Source: a virus (Duplodnaviria; Caudoviricetes). Taken from it: a DNA stretch of 47,157 nucleotides. Location: positions 1-47,157 of IMG/VR virus record IMGVR_UViG_3300020045_002575; one strand, given 5' to 3'. The position numbers and the translations under genes are program-made. Under the pieces are notes generated by a model. The model saw only the letters and a list, made by a program, of their open reading frames with translations, was not told the DNA's origin and searched no databases. Positions 36,561 to 44,730 of the stretch are shown one piece after another (within the stretch, counting starts at the first letter, position 1; the number at the start of each line of letters is the position of its first letter).

Positions 36561-36580
36561 ATAAATTTTCCACGATTTAT
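36561..36580 (-). repeat. Leader hairpin copy B (core TAAATTTTCCACGATTTA)
   Basis: Exact 18-bp match to 32426-32443; sits just upstream of ATG 36545. Confidence 0.75.
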
Positions 36581-36582
36581 TT

Positions 36583-36825
36583 TTACAACTCCCTTATTTC
36601 CTGAATGGTGAATTCAAGGGTTTCGATTTTGTCGGTCAGTTCGTCAAAACGTTCCTGTAATTTTTCCGTTTCTTCCTGAAACGTTTCGCCTTTTTCCGAT
36701 TCTTGCCATTTTTCGGAACGATCATTGAATTTTTCTTCCCTTGCCTCTATTTTTAATTCTAACATAGACGCGTGTTCTTTCAATTTTTCAATGTTTTTTT
36801 CGATGTTAATCAATACTTTTTCCAT
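36583..36825 (-). CDS. Early acidic coiled-coil protein (80 aa, start MEKVLI)
   Basis: First gene after promoter 2; RSEKWQESEKGE motif. Confidence 0.75.
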   Translation of the reverse strand: MEKVLINIEKNIEKLKEHASMLELKIEAREEKFNDRSEKWQESEKGETFQEETEKLQERFDELTDKIETLEFTIQEIREL

Positions 36826-36847
36826 TTTTTTGATTTGTTTGTTGATG

Positions 36848-36878
36848 CAAATATACATTTAAAAATGTATTACGCAAA
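36848..36878 (-). promoter_or_regulatory. Early promoter 2 with palindromic operator (36853-36870)
   Basis: TTTG-N19-TATATTTG; identical palindrome. Confidence 0.9.
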
Positions 36879-36898
36879 CATTTTTTGATTTATTTCAA

Positions 36899-37444
36899 TT
36901 ACAACAAACGGGATTTTTGTTCATTTTGGATTCTTTCCCGGATCCAACCGATGTCGTTTTGGATCTTGACCAAGGCGAATTGAACCAAACACAAGGCGTC
37001 GGAAGTCTTCAAATTGACTTTCAGTTCCGGAAAACAATTTTGTGCATAATCTTTGTACCGGTTTTTTCTTTGTGTCTTGGTTTCTTCCGGGACGCCTTTC
37101 GTTTTAGGCATTTTCAAACCTAACGTCGTTTGCCACGAAACGGGATAAACTTCCACGAACCGGAATCCAGTCAACTTCACGACGGTCAATATTTGTTGAT
37201 AATTTGCCAACATTTTGTTGATCGCGAATTTCTTTCCCGGCGCGTCGTCATCGTTGGCGAACGCTTGCACTTTTTCGATGAAAACAAAAATGTCGTCGTA
37301 GGTCGAATTTAGGTATTTCAAATATTCATTCATTTCGTTGACGTCGGAAGGCATCGCGACGGCGTGGATCCTTCCATTGGAAAAAACGGCAATTCCGCCA
37401 CCCGATCCCGGATCAATGGTGACGATCGTGTTTTTTGCTTTCAT
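36899..37444 (-). CDS. RuvC-like Holliday junction resolvase (181 aa)
   Basis: IDPGSGGGIA, VFIEKV, PVSWQ, SDALCL. Confidence 0.8.
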   Translation of the reverse strand: MKAKNTIVTIDPGSGGGIAVFSNGRIHAVAMPSDVNEMNEYLKYLNSTYDDIFVFIEKVQAFANDDDAPGKKFAINKMLANYQQILTVVKLTGFRFVEVYPVSWQTTLGLKMPKTKGVPEETKTQRKNRYKDYAQNCFPELKVNLKTSDALCLVQFALVKIQNDIGWIRERIQNEQKSRLL

Positions 37445-38481
37445 AAGAATTTGTGTTTTGATTCCCGCAACTCCATAAACTTTTGTTTTGCGATCTTGTT
37501 TTGCGCCACATTCAAGACGTCGTGTTGCGTGATTTTAGACAATGCTTCGCCAATGTGCAATGAACGGATTTCCGATCCCGCGTGGCGATAGGTTTGTTTT
37601 TTTGTTTCCCGGACTTCGTATCTTGTGAAAGTCCTTGCGTTTTCGATCGCTTCGTCGTCGATCACCTCGAAATCCTTGTCGGACAACAATCCTTTTTCGA
37701 CCAAATAATTTTTCACGAACGTCCAAAACGAAATGTCTTTTTCGATGAAATATCCATCGCCTTCGTGGATCAATTCGTTGAAGTATTGTTCCAAATCTAT
37801 TTTGACCGGTTGTTCCGGAACCTCGAATTTTTTCCAGTTTTCCGCGATTTCGGCTTGCGTCAACTTTCTTGTTTCGCCAACTTGACGGAAGGATCCATCC
37901 TTCAAGAACTTGAATTCCTTCCAATAGGTCATTTGCATCAAGCGGTCGGCGACACGTCCGTCGTAATTGGACGCGATTTGTTCCAAAGTCAAATTCGTCG
38001 TCCCGAAAGTTCGCCAACCCTTCTTTTCCCACATTTCGTAACGCTTCAAAAGAACATATCTCACGACGTTCAATTTGTTGGAAAAATGGTTGAAAGTCTT
38101 GGATTCGCCTTCGTCGCCAATGTCGTCAATGAACAATGTTTTCACCTTGATGAATTCGTCCAAGTTGACTTGTGGATCTTCGCCCTTGGACGCGCTTGTG
38201 TATATTTGCGCCAATTCCTTCGCCGTGGTTCTTTTGTACAAATCGCGACCTTTCAATCGTCGGTTCCGGTGGTTTACAACGTCAAAGAAAAACGACTTTC
38301 CTTGACCGTATTTTTGATTGAATGCGATAATTCCTTTTGTCGAATCTTTTGTCTTGGTGATGTCAAAAATGATGTCCAAACAATCCGAATATTCGTTTTC
38401 TATTGTTTGACTGGTGATGAACTTTTTGACAAAGAACAATTCCGCTTCCTGAACGAAATTGTTGAACGCTTTTTTGATCAT
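37441..38481 (-). CDS. DnaC/IstB-like AAA+ helicase loader (start MIKKAF)
   Basis: ATGA overlap with the initiator; YGQGKS, LFIDDIG, TTNL, RVADRL. Confidence 0.8.
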   Translation of the reverse strand: MIKKAFNNFVQEAELFFVKKFITSQTIENEYSDCLDIIFDITKTKDSTKGIIAFNQKYGQGKSFFFDVVNHRNRRLKGRDLYKRTTAKELAQIYTSASKGEDPQVNLDEFIKVKTLFIDDIGDEGESKTFNHFSNKLNVVRYVLLKRYEMWEKKGWRTFGTTNLTLEQIASNYDGRVADRLMQMTYWKEFKFLKDGSFRQVGETRKLTQAEIAENWKKFEVPEQPVKIDLEQYFNELIHEGDGYFIEKDISFWTFVKNYLVEKGLLSDKDFEVIDDEAIENARTFTRYEVRETKKQTYRHAGSEIRSLHIGEALSKITQHDVLNVAQNKIAKQKFMELRESKHKFL

Positions 38482-39233
38482 AATAATTCCGCTTTTGATG
38501 TTGGGTTGAACTGGAAATTTCCGGATCCATCCGATTTTGTTTCGTGTGCTTGGACTAAATATCCGTTGAATTTTGAACCGAACAACGTTTCCGGGCGAAT
38601 GTATTTTTTCATTTTCGGATCGTCCTTCCATTCGTCGACTTTGTGGTCGATCACTTTTTTGAAGTCTTCCAACTTGAATTTTTCTTTTATTCTTGATTCT
38701 ATCGCCGACAAATTTGATTTCGTTGGCTCGAATGGTATTTTGGACGGCTTCTTTTCGTTCAACATTTTTAAAACGTCCTTTGACAACAATGGAACGGTTT
38801 GGTGTTCGAATAACTCTAAAATTTTATTATCATTTTTATTATTATTTAATGAATTATTCTTTGTTTCGACTTCCTTTGGTTCTTGTTTTTGAATTTCTTC
38901 ACTTCCAGTATTTAAAAAATTCAAAATCTTGTTTTCGACAACCTTGAAATGTAGTTTTGCCGGGATTCCTTTCAACTTTGTTTCCACAAATCCGATGTCC
39001 TTCAACACGTTAAGACACTTTTTTTGACAATGATAAGTCAAGGACGTCGAAACCTCGATGTTGTCCGCCGTGTTGTAAAAATAACCTTCCGGATCCAGTT
39101 CGTTCCGGGTTTCGAAATAACCTTGTTTGTCGATAAGATCCGCCAACAAGACGGCGGATTCAATTCCCGTGTATCTTGCAATTGATTTGTTGACAATCCA
39201 AAACGACGATTGTCCCAATACTTTTTGAATCAT
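38478..39233 (-). CDS. Replication initiator (N-terminal wHTH, Phg_2220_C-like C-terminus)
   Basis: KVIDHKVDEWKDDPKMKKYIRPETLFGSKFNGYL. Confidence 0.85.
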   Translation of the reverse strand: MIQKVLGQSSFWIVNKSIARYTGIESAVLLADLIDKQGYFETRNELDPEGYFYNTADNIEVSTSLTYHCQKKCLNVLKDIGFVETKLKGIPAKLHFKVVENKILNFLNTGSEEIQKQEPKEVETKNNSLNNNKNDNKILELFEHQTVPLLSKDVLKMLNEKKPSKIPFEPTKSNLSAIESRIKEKFKLEDFKKVIDHKVDEWKDDPKMKKYIRPETLFGSKFNGYLVQAHETKSDGSGNFQFNPTSKAELL

Positions 39234-39472
39234 ACTTTTTGAAATATTAGTTTTTCCAACGATTGATCGATGTCGTTGGCAAATCCCAACGCTTCGTCCC
39301 TTTCTTTTGATTTTCTTTCCTTGTATTTTTCCAAAGTGCCGACAAGGATCGCCACTTGTTCTTGATGCGTGAAATTGTTCACGTCGCCGGAAATGGAAGT
39401 CAAAATCGAATTGATCTTGACTTCAACTTCTTGTTCCCGGCTTTTCTTTTTCAGGTTGCTAAAAAAGACCAT
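39230..39472 (-). CDS. Hypothetical protein (80 aa)
   Basis: Overlaps both neighbours. Confidence 0.6.
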   Translation of the reverse strand: MVFFSNLKKKSREQEVEVKINSILTSISGDVNNFTHQEQVAILVGTLEKYKERKSKERDEALGFANDIDQSLEKLIFQKV

Positions 39473-40313
39473 CGTTTAATTTTATGGTTTTGTAGTAATC
39501 AAGACAATGCGGAATTCGATCCAAATATTGTTTGTGGATCAAGTCGTCGCGGGTGATCTTGAACGTCTTCACCCTTTCTTCCTTGGTGTATGCTTCATTG
39601 TTGGAATAAACCAAATTCAAGTCGATTTGCGCGAACAACGGTTTCATTCTTTCTTCCAAGACTTGCGCTTCCGAATCCGTCATCGTGTTGGAATAATATT
39701 CATTCCACAACCTGTCTTTTTCCTTCGCGACGATGTGTGGCGGACAATCGATCAAACAATATCGCAACCAAAATTCGTCGGCGTCGCCCAAATCCATATA
39801 ATCGCGACCCTGCCAAACATAGTCCGAATCCATATCCGCGTTCTTGAACGTCTTGGAATCCCACGAACATTTGACGTCCTGAATGATCTTTTTCCCGTTC
39901 AACGTGAATTTGTTGTCCCATTCGCCGGTTCGGTTGTCTTTGTAGATCCTTTCGGTGTTTTTCTTGTAATAACGACCGTCGATTTCCGTCAACAACGACA
40001 TTCCGACGTCTTCACCGAACAATCCTTTGTCCAAGTACTTCGATTTTATTTGTTTGAAATATCCTTTTTCCTTGAACAACCAAACATCTTCAACGGCTTG
40101 TTTTGCGGTGTCGGACAACTGGAACGGCGCGTCCCTTTTTGCCTTCAAAGTCTTCAATTCGTCCAACTGGTTGGGCGTTATTTTTCCGCCTTCCCTCAAA
40201 CGCGTTTCGTAATCCTTTATTTTTCCCAACTGGATTTCGGTGATGACGGTTCCTTGACCGTTGGTCATTACTTTCCCGGATGCGGATGATCTGAAATAAA
40301 TGTCTTTGCTCAT
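39459..40313 (-). CDS. PD-(D/E)xK (YqaJ/lambda-exo-like) recombination exonuclease
   Basis: FRSS, KG..E, TGEWD, IQDVKCSWD, YVWQ..YM; adjacent to recT. Confidence 0.75.
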   Translation of the reverse strand: MSKDIYFRSSASGKVMTNGQGTVITEIQLGKIKDYETRLREGGKITPNQLDELKTLKAKRDAPFQLSDTAKQAVEDVWLFKEKGYFKQIKSKYLDKGLFGEDVGMSLLTEIDGRYYKKNTERIYKDNRTGEWDNKFTLNGKKIIQDVKCSWDSKTFKNADMDSDYVWQGRDYMDLGDADEFWLRYCLIDCPPHIVAKEKDRLWNEYYSNTMTDSEAQVLEERMKPLFAQIDLNLVYSNNEAYTKEERVKTFKITRDDLIHKQYLDRIPHCLDYYKTIKLNDGLF

Positions 40314-40324
40314 TGTCTTGTTTT

Positions 40325-41257
40325 TTATTTGGTTAGTTTTTTAGTGACTATTTTCATTTTTTCTTCGTATGCGTTTTTTGTTTCGTCGTCGATCAAGGCT
40401 TCGAAACAACTTTCAAGTTGATTCATCGTCTTTGCGTTGGCGATGAAATCCAAAGTCCTTTTTTGGACAATTAATCGGTTGCTTTCTTCCAAAGTCAATT
40501 TCGGGGCGTTGTTCGGATTGTCCGCATAGTTCAAATTGTTTCCGTCCATATCGTCGATGATCGCTTGGTCGAATCGGATCGCCTTTTTCATTTCCGTGGA
40601 CTTTGGCGCGTATTTGTCCAACAACAATTTCAACACGGTTTTTTTTCCCATTCCGTCGAAGTCTTTTTGCCAACCGTTGTTTTTGTCGGTAAAATTCTTT
40701 GACCATTTTCGACCGTGTTCGTTCATTTCCTTGATGGTCATATACAACGACTTTTCGAACCCGTTGGTCAACTTGAAATATGCAATATATCCGATGATCG
40801 GAAGTTTTTTCCGTTCGTCCTGATCCAAACTTGAATCCAACTTGACTTCGCCGGTCATCCTATCCGTTCCCAAATATTCGCCCTGTCTTACGTCGCCCGA
40901 ATTTAACCCGCGAAACTGGTTCGAACGGTGTCCCAGTTCGACCAATCCTTTGTAACCGATTTGAACTTGCGCCAAAGTCTTCCAAATTAATCCTTCTTTC
41001 ACCTTGTATGTTCCGATGAACGCTTGTCCAAACGAAGGATCGATCAATAAGTTCATCGACGCAATGGCGGAAACTGAATTCAAGATGGATTGTGGATCCG
41101 CTTTCGACAACTCGAAATCCTTTTGGACAACTTGCAACGCGGAATATAAAAATGACATCGCGTTGTCGCCCAACATTTCTTTGAACTTGTCTTTTGTTTC
41201 TTGACGCTCGATCAATTCTTTGAACGAAACGACTTGCGGTTTTTGATCTTTATTCAT
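40325..41257 (-). CDS. recT: RecT-family single-strand annealing protein
   Basis: ADPQSI, LLIDPSFGQAF, QIGYKGLVEL, W..DFDGMGKKTVLK. Confidence 0.9.
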   Translation of the reverse strand: MNKDQKPQVVSFKELIERQETKDKFKEMLGDNAMSFLYSALQVVQKDFELSKADPQSILNSVSAIASMNLLIDPSFGQAFIGTYKVKEGLIWKTLAQVQIGYKGLVELGHRSNQFRGLNSGDVRQGEYLGTDRMTGEVKLDSSLDQDERKKLPIIGYIAYFKLTNGFEKSLYMTIKEMNEHGRKWSKNFTDKNNGWQKDFDGMGKKTVLKLLLDKYAPKSTEMKKAIRFDQAIIDDMDGNNLNYADNPNNAPKLTLEESNRLIVQKRTLDFIANAKTMNQLESCFEALIDDETKNAYEEKMKIVTKKLTK

Positions 41258-41504
41258 TTTTTTGTTCAATTATGAATTTGTTCACATCGCATTTTCCAAG
41301 ATCCATCAACTTGAAAATGATGATCACCCATTTTGGGGTTTTTCCGCCTTTCCAGTCCGTAAAAACTTGCGGGTTCACGTTTAGGATTTCCGCCAATATT
41401 TTTCGGCTCAACGGCATTAATTCCGGATTTTCCTTGTTGTACGCTTCGATAACTTGATCAACGTCGATAATGTACTTTTTTTCTTGAACTTGTTGTTCCA
41501 TCAT
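41250..41504 (-). CDS. Cro/XRE-like HTH regulator (84 aa)
   Basis: LSRKILAEILNVNPQVFTDWKGGKTP. Confidence 0.7.
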   Translation of the reverse strand: MMEQQVQEKKYIIDVDQVIEAYNKENPELMPLSRKILAEILNVNPQVFTDWKGGKTPKWVIIIFKLMDLGKCDVNKFIIEQKNE

Positions 41505-41650
41505 TTCTTTTTTTTAGGTGGGTAAATATAAATTGTTGTTTTGTCCTTCTTTAATTTCAACACGTTGTCGGTGTTGAATTCCTTCAATTGGTAGCCTTCG
41601 CCGACCAATCCTTTCGCCAATTCCATTTGTTTCAAAGTAAGTGTCGCCAT
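41501..41650 (-). CDS. Small early protein, 49 aa (MATLTLKQMELAK...PPKKKK)
   Basis: Hand-translated; ATGA coupling to the HTH gene. Confidence 0.65.
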   Translation of the reverse strand: MATLTLKQMELAKGLVGEGYQLKEFNTDNVLKLKKDKTTIYIYPPKKKK

Positions 41651-41662
41651 AACTCTTTTTTT

Positions 41663-41821
41663 TTAGTTTAATGAATTGAAAAATTGAATCCCTATTTCGT
41701 CGTTTTCCAGTTGCACGACCAAAAAAAAGCCGTCTTTTTCAAGGGAACACAAAAACCAAAATTCGATTTCAAGTTGGTTTCCCGTCCGGATCAAGTCGTT
41801 GAAAAGGGTTTGTTTTTCCAT
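41663..41821 (-). CDS. First early protein (52 aa, start MEKQTL)
   Basis: Follows promoter 1 and the ACAAACAAATCAAAAAA leader. Confidence 0.65.
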   Translation of the reverse strand: MEKQTLFNDLIRTGNQLEIEFWFLCSLEKDGFFLVVQLENDEIGIQFFNSLN

Positions 41822-41842
41822 TTTTTGATTTGTTTGTTGATG

Positions 41843-41873
41843 CAAATATACATTTAAAAATGTATTGTGCAAA
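41843..41873 (-). promoter_or_regulatory. Early promoter 1 with palindromic operator (41848-41865)
   Basis: TTTG-N19-TATATTTG; identical palindrome. Confidence 0.9.
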
Positions 41874-41894
41874 CATTTTAAAATTTATTTATGT

Positions 41895-41927
41895 AAAAAA
41901 GAAAACGCCACCGTTTCGGGTGGCGTT
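41895..41927 (-). terminator. Intrinsic terminator ending the lysis operon / sRNA1
   Basis: AACGCCACC-CGAAAC-GGTGGCGTT plus T-run. Confidence 0.85.
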
Positions 41928-41969
41928 CTAACAAACAAACTTTTCGTGAAGATTTCGTGGAAAAATCTT
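41895..41969 (-). ncRNA. Candidate trans-acting small RNA 1 (about 75 nt)
   Basis: TATATTTG at 41980-41973; 5' hairpin AAGAUUU-UUCCACG-AAAUCUU; linker GUUUGUUUGUU; terminator. Confidence 0.55.
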
Positions 41970-41983
41970 TGGCAAATATAAAA

Positions 41984-42547
41984 TTATTTATTCAAAAATG
42001 GAATTCCGGTGCGTGTTATGTGGAAATAAATCGAAACCAAAAACAACAAGGAAACCACTATCAAGACGATCCACAATTTTAAAACCGATCGTTTTGTTTC
42101 CACGATCTCGGATTCTTTTTCCAACAATTCTTTTTGACCCTGTTTTATTTGCGCCAAATATTTTGTTTCCAGTCTTTCGATGTCTTTTTTTGTTTCTTCC
42201 GACGACTTGATCAATTCGTTTTGGATCGTCCTGATCAACACTTCGCCGTTTCCGTTGATCTCGATTGTTTGCGGTTTTCCGTCCTTGGTGTTCTTGTAAT
42301 TGAAGGGAACAAATTTTCCGTCCGTCCCGATCTTTGGTGTGTACTTGACCACCGTTTCCGTGGCGGTGTTCTTTTCGTCCTGTTTTGATGTTTTGTCACT
42401 TTGGATTTCGGATTGTTTTTTTTCTTCCACGTTGACCGCCAATTCCGATTCATTTATTGTTTTTTCCTTGATTTCCGACGTTTTTTTCGAACCGGAACAT
42501 CCAAGTGTCAAAATGATCAAAATGATCGCTAAAATAGATTTTTTCAT
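41984..42547 (-). CDS. Unimolecular spanin candidate (lipoprotein + C-terminal TM, 187 aa)
   Basis: MKKSILAIILIILTLG|C lipobox; C-terminal LWIVLIVVSLLFLVSIYF; follows the endolysin. Confidence 0.75.
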   Translation of the reverse strand: MKKSILAIILIILTLGCSGSKKTSEIKEKTINESELAVNVEEKKQSEIQSDKTSKQDEKNTATETVVKYTPKIGTDGKFVPFNYKNTKDGKPQTIEINGNGEVLIRTIQNELIKSSEETKKDIERLETKYLAQIKQGQKELLEKESEIVETKRSVLKLWIVLIVVSLLFLVSIYFHITRTGIPFLNK

Positions 42548-42603
42548 AGATATATAATTTTGGTGATTTATTGTATATAATTTTAGACGAAATATGTATT
42601 TTA

Positions 42604-43104
42604 TCAAACCCGCTTCATCCAACCATTGAAAAAGGCTTCTTGCGTTTCGTCTTTTTGGACAATGGCGACATAACGCATAAATTGAAGTCCGTTCAACACC
42701 TTGAACAAAATATTTTTGTCGACTTTTGAATATGCCTTGACCGTCGCGTTTCCGGCGTCGCCGTCGACTTCCAAGTTCGGGAAATCCTTTTCGTCCCGGT
42801 TCATCAAGTTCAAGGCGTTTTGAAGTGTTCTTGCCGATGTTCCGACACCCATATTCACCGCGATGTCGAACAACTCGATTCCGATCCTTTCTTCGTACTG
42901 ATCCAAATCAAGTTTTCCGGTTTTCCAATAATTGTCCAAATATATTTTTTTTGCGCCTTGCAATGTTAGGTTCCGGATGTCCACATTAGGAAATGCTTTT
43001 TGGGAAATCCCGTATTTGGTCAATCCGCCACGGTCGTTTTTGTCGTTCACCAATCCGCCTTCAATGGCGATTATTTCTTCAAATGCTTTGTCGAATTTAG
43101 TCAT
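42604..43104 (-). CDS. Endolysin, glycoside hydrolase family 108 with PG-binding C-terminus
   Basis: EGGLVNDKNDRGGLTKYGIS; FDIAVNMG; QEAFFNGWMKRV. Confidence 0.92.
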   Translation of the reverse strand: MTKFDKAFEEIIAIEGGLVNDKNDRGGLTKYGISQKAFPNVDIRNLTLQGAKKIYLDNYWKTGKLDLDQYEERIGIELFDIAVNMGVGTSARTLQNALNLMNRDEKDFPNLEVDGDAGNATVKAYSKVDKNILFKVLNGLQFMRYVAIVQKDETQEAFFNGWMKRV

Positions 43105-43654
43105 TTTCGTTTTGTTTTTTGGGTTGAAATTCTTTTGGATCCAAGTTGGTTTGGAATTGTTTGAGTTTGTCCAACCAAGATTGTGGCGGGAATTTTCCGT
43201 TTGACATCACCGTTGAATTTGCAAAAGCGGATCCGGCGGGATAAAGAAAAACGATCAATCTTGTTACAATTGTTAAGTATTCTTGAATGATTGATTCTTT
43301 GTGAATTATTATATTAAGTCCTTCGAAAAGAAATCCACAACCAACTACCAATCCGATTTTTATCATTAACCCTATAATGTTTTTGCTTAACTTAAAATCG
43401 TTGTCCCACCATAAATGCTTGGCGGTTCCCAACCCGTGATCAATTGCAATTGCAATTAAAACAACAATTATATAATTTGAATTGTCAAAACTCCATTTGG
43501 AAAAACGTTCCATTATAAGAGCAAAAGGACTGATCAAAAATCCAAGTGTTATTGTTGCTTTTATTTTTACCGCTATTGTTCCAACACACATTTTTTGTAA
43601 GGATCCGACGATTCCGATTAAGTAGTTTAAAATCATTTTTTTGATTGTTTTCAT
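43097..43654 (-). CDS. Holin-like membrane protein (start 43654 or 43636)
   Basis: 3-4 TM helices, directly upstream of the endolysin. Confidence 0.7.
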   Translation of the reverse strand: MKTIKKMILNYLIGIVGSLQKMCVGTIAVKIKATITLGFLISPFALIMERFSKWSFDNSNYIIVVLIAIAIDHGLGTAKHLWWDNDFKLSKNIIGLMIKIGLVVGCGFLFEGLNIIIHKESIIQEYLTIVTRLIVFLYPAGSAFANSTVMSNGKFPPQSWLDKLKQFQTNLDPKEFQPKKQNEND

Positions 43655-43672
43655 TGTTAATAATAATGTTTT

Positions 43673-43680
43673 CAAATATA
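43673..43680 (-). promoter_or_regulatory. -7 box (TATATTTG) for the lysis cassette
   Basis: Lies between the terminator and the holin ATG. Confidence 0.5.
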
Positions 43681-43707
43681 GTTATTTTTATAGTTCATTA
43701 TCTTACA

Positions 43708-43739
43708 TAAAAACCCGGACTTTAAAAGATCCGGGGTTT
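43708..43739 (-). terminator. Intrinsic terminator after the tail genes
   Basis: CCCGGA...TCCGGG plus TTTT. Confidence 0.7.
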
Positions 43740-43752
43740 ATTGTATTTGTTA

Positions 43753-44712
43753 TCACTTAAAATTTCGCTTCAAGTTGTTTTCAAATTTGTCGGTAAAAGT
43801 CAAGTTCAATTGCGCTTTTCTCGTTTTCGTACCATACACCGTCCCGTCGTTCGATCCCACTTTCACACCAAATTTAACGAAGTCATACGAATGATTGTTC
43901 AAGTTATAATCATTCATAAAAATATCATTTGACATCAACATAAAATCCCAAATCTCATTGGTCAAACAATCCGGTATCAAGTTAGTTTGAAACTTGAATT
44001 CATTGGTTTGCTTCATTGAAATTTGTCTTTTTTCAAACGATCGGTTGATCAAGTTGTCTTCCGTCAATTGAGGTTCACGCCTTCCAAAAAATCCCGGAAC
44101 CCGGATTGAATGTTTCCAAGACGTTCCGGAAAAATCAACACCGGATTTTTGCAACAATCCATTCATCACAACGTCGATCCGAACGGTCTTGTTTGCGTTT
44201 GCCGTGGAAAATTGGCGAAGGGTAAAAACGATCGATGAAAATTCGACCGCCACACCCGCGACCGTGACCCTTTTAAAAACCTTGAAGTTTCCTTCACCTA
44301 ATTCCGCCAACACTTTTTTCCATTGAACCAAATATCCTTTCAAATTCGGATTTTGCGTGAACGTACCGAAATTAAACAAGGATCCGAAAGACCCGTCGGT
44401 CAACGGGTGTTCCGTCGCGGTTTCGTAATGATACAAAGTAAAAACCGCCGTTTCGGACGAAACTTGTCTTTGGTGGTAAAATGCGGAATAATCGTTTTTG
44501 AAGTCTTCCGACGAATTCAAGTCCGCCAACGTCAAATGTGTGTAACAACATTCTTTGAATATTTCTTCCGGGGGTTGTCCCGGTGTCGGTATGCTGACAC
44601 CAAGGGCGAAACTGATCGTTCTTTCCTTGTAGGGACATTTTATAATTTGGTTGCATCCCAAAGGATTTTGGTCGATGAACACGTTGTCCAATAGTTCTTG
44701 ATTATTATTCAT
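43753..44712 (-). CDS. Structural/tail protein (319 aa)
   Basis: Beta-rich; end of the tail module. Confidence 0.55.
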   Translation of the reverse strand: MNNNQELLDNVFIDQNPLGCNQIIKCPYKERTISFALGVSIPTPGQPPEEIFKECCYTHLTLADLNSSEDFKNDYSAFYHQRQVSSETAVFTLYHYETATEHPLTDGSFGSLFNFGTFTQNPNLKGYLVQWKKVLAELGEGNFKVFKRVTVAGVAVEFSSIVFTLRQFSTANANKTVRIDVVMNGLLQKSGVDFSGTSWKHSIRVPGFFGRREPQLTEDNLINRSFEKRQISMKQTNEFKFQTNLIPDCLTNEIWDFMLMSNDIFMNDYNLNNHSYDFVKFGVKVGSNDGTVYGTKTRKAQLNLTFTDKFENNLKRNFK

Positions 44713-44730
44713 TGATTTCCTTTTTTTAAA

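Noticed and set aside
37582-38892. Long plus-strand ORFs (436 aa here; also 11139-11975, 28082-28864, 39507-40289)
   Set aside because: Antisense shadows of strong minus-strand genes, favoured by the codon bias; no motifs or leaders
33030-41880. The three ~50-bp repeats as a CRISPR array or recombination sites
   Set aside because: They are kilobases apart, match the promoter consensus and have no cas or recombinase gene
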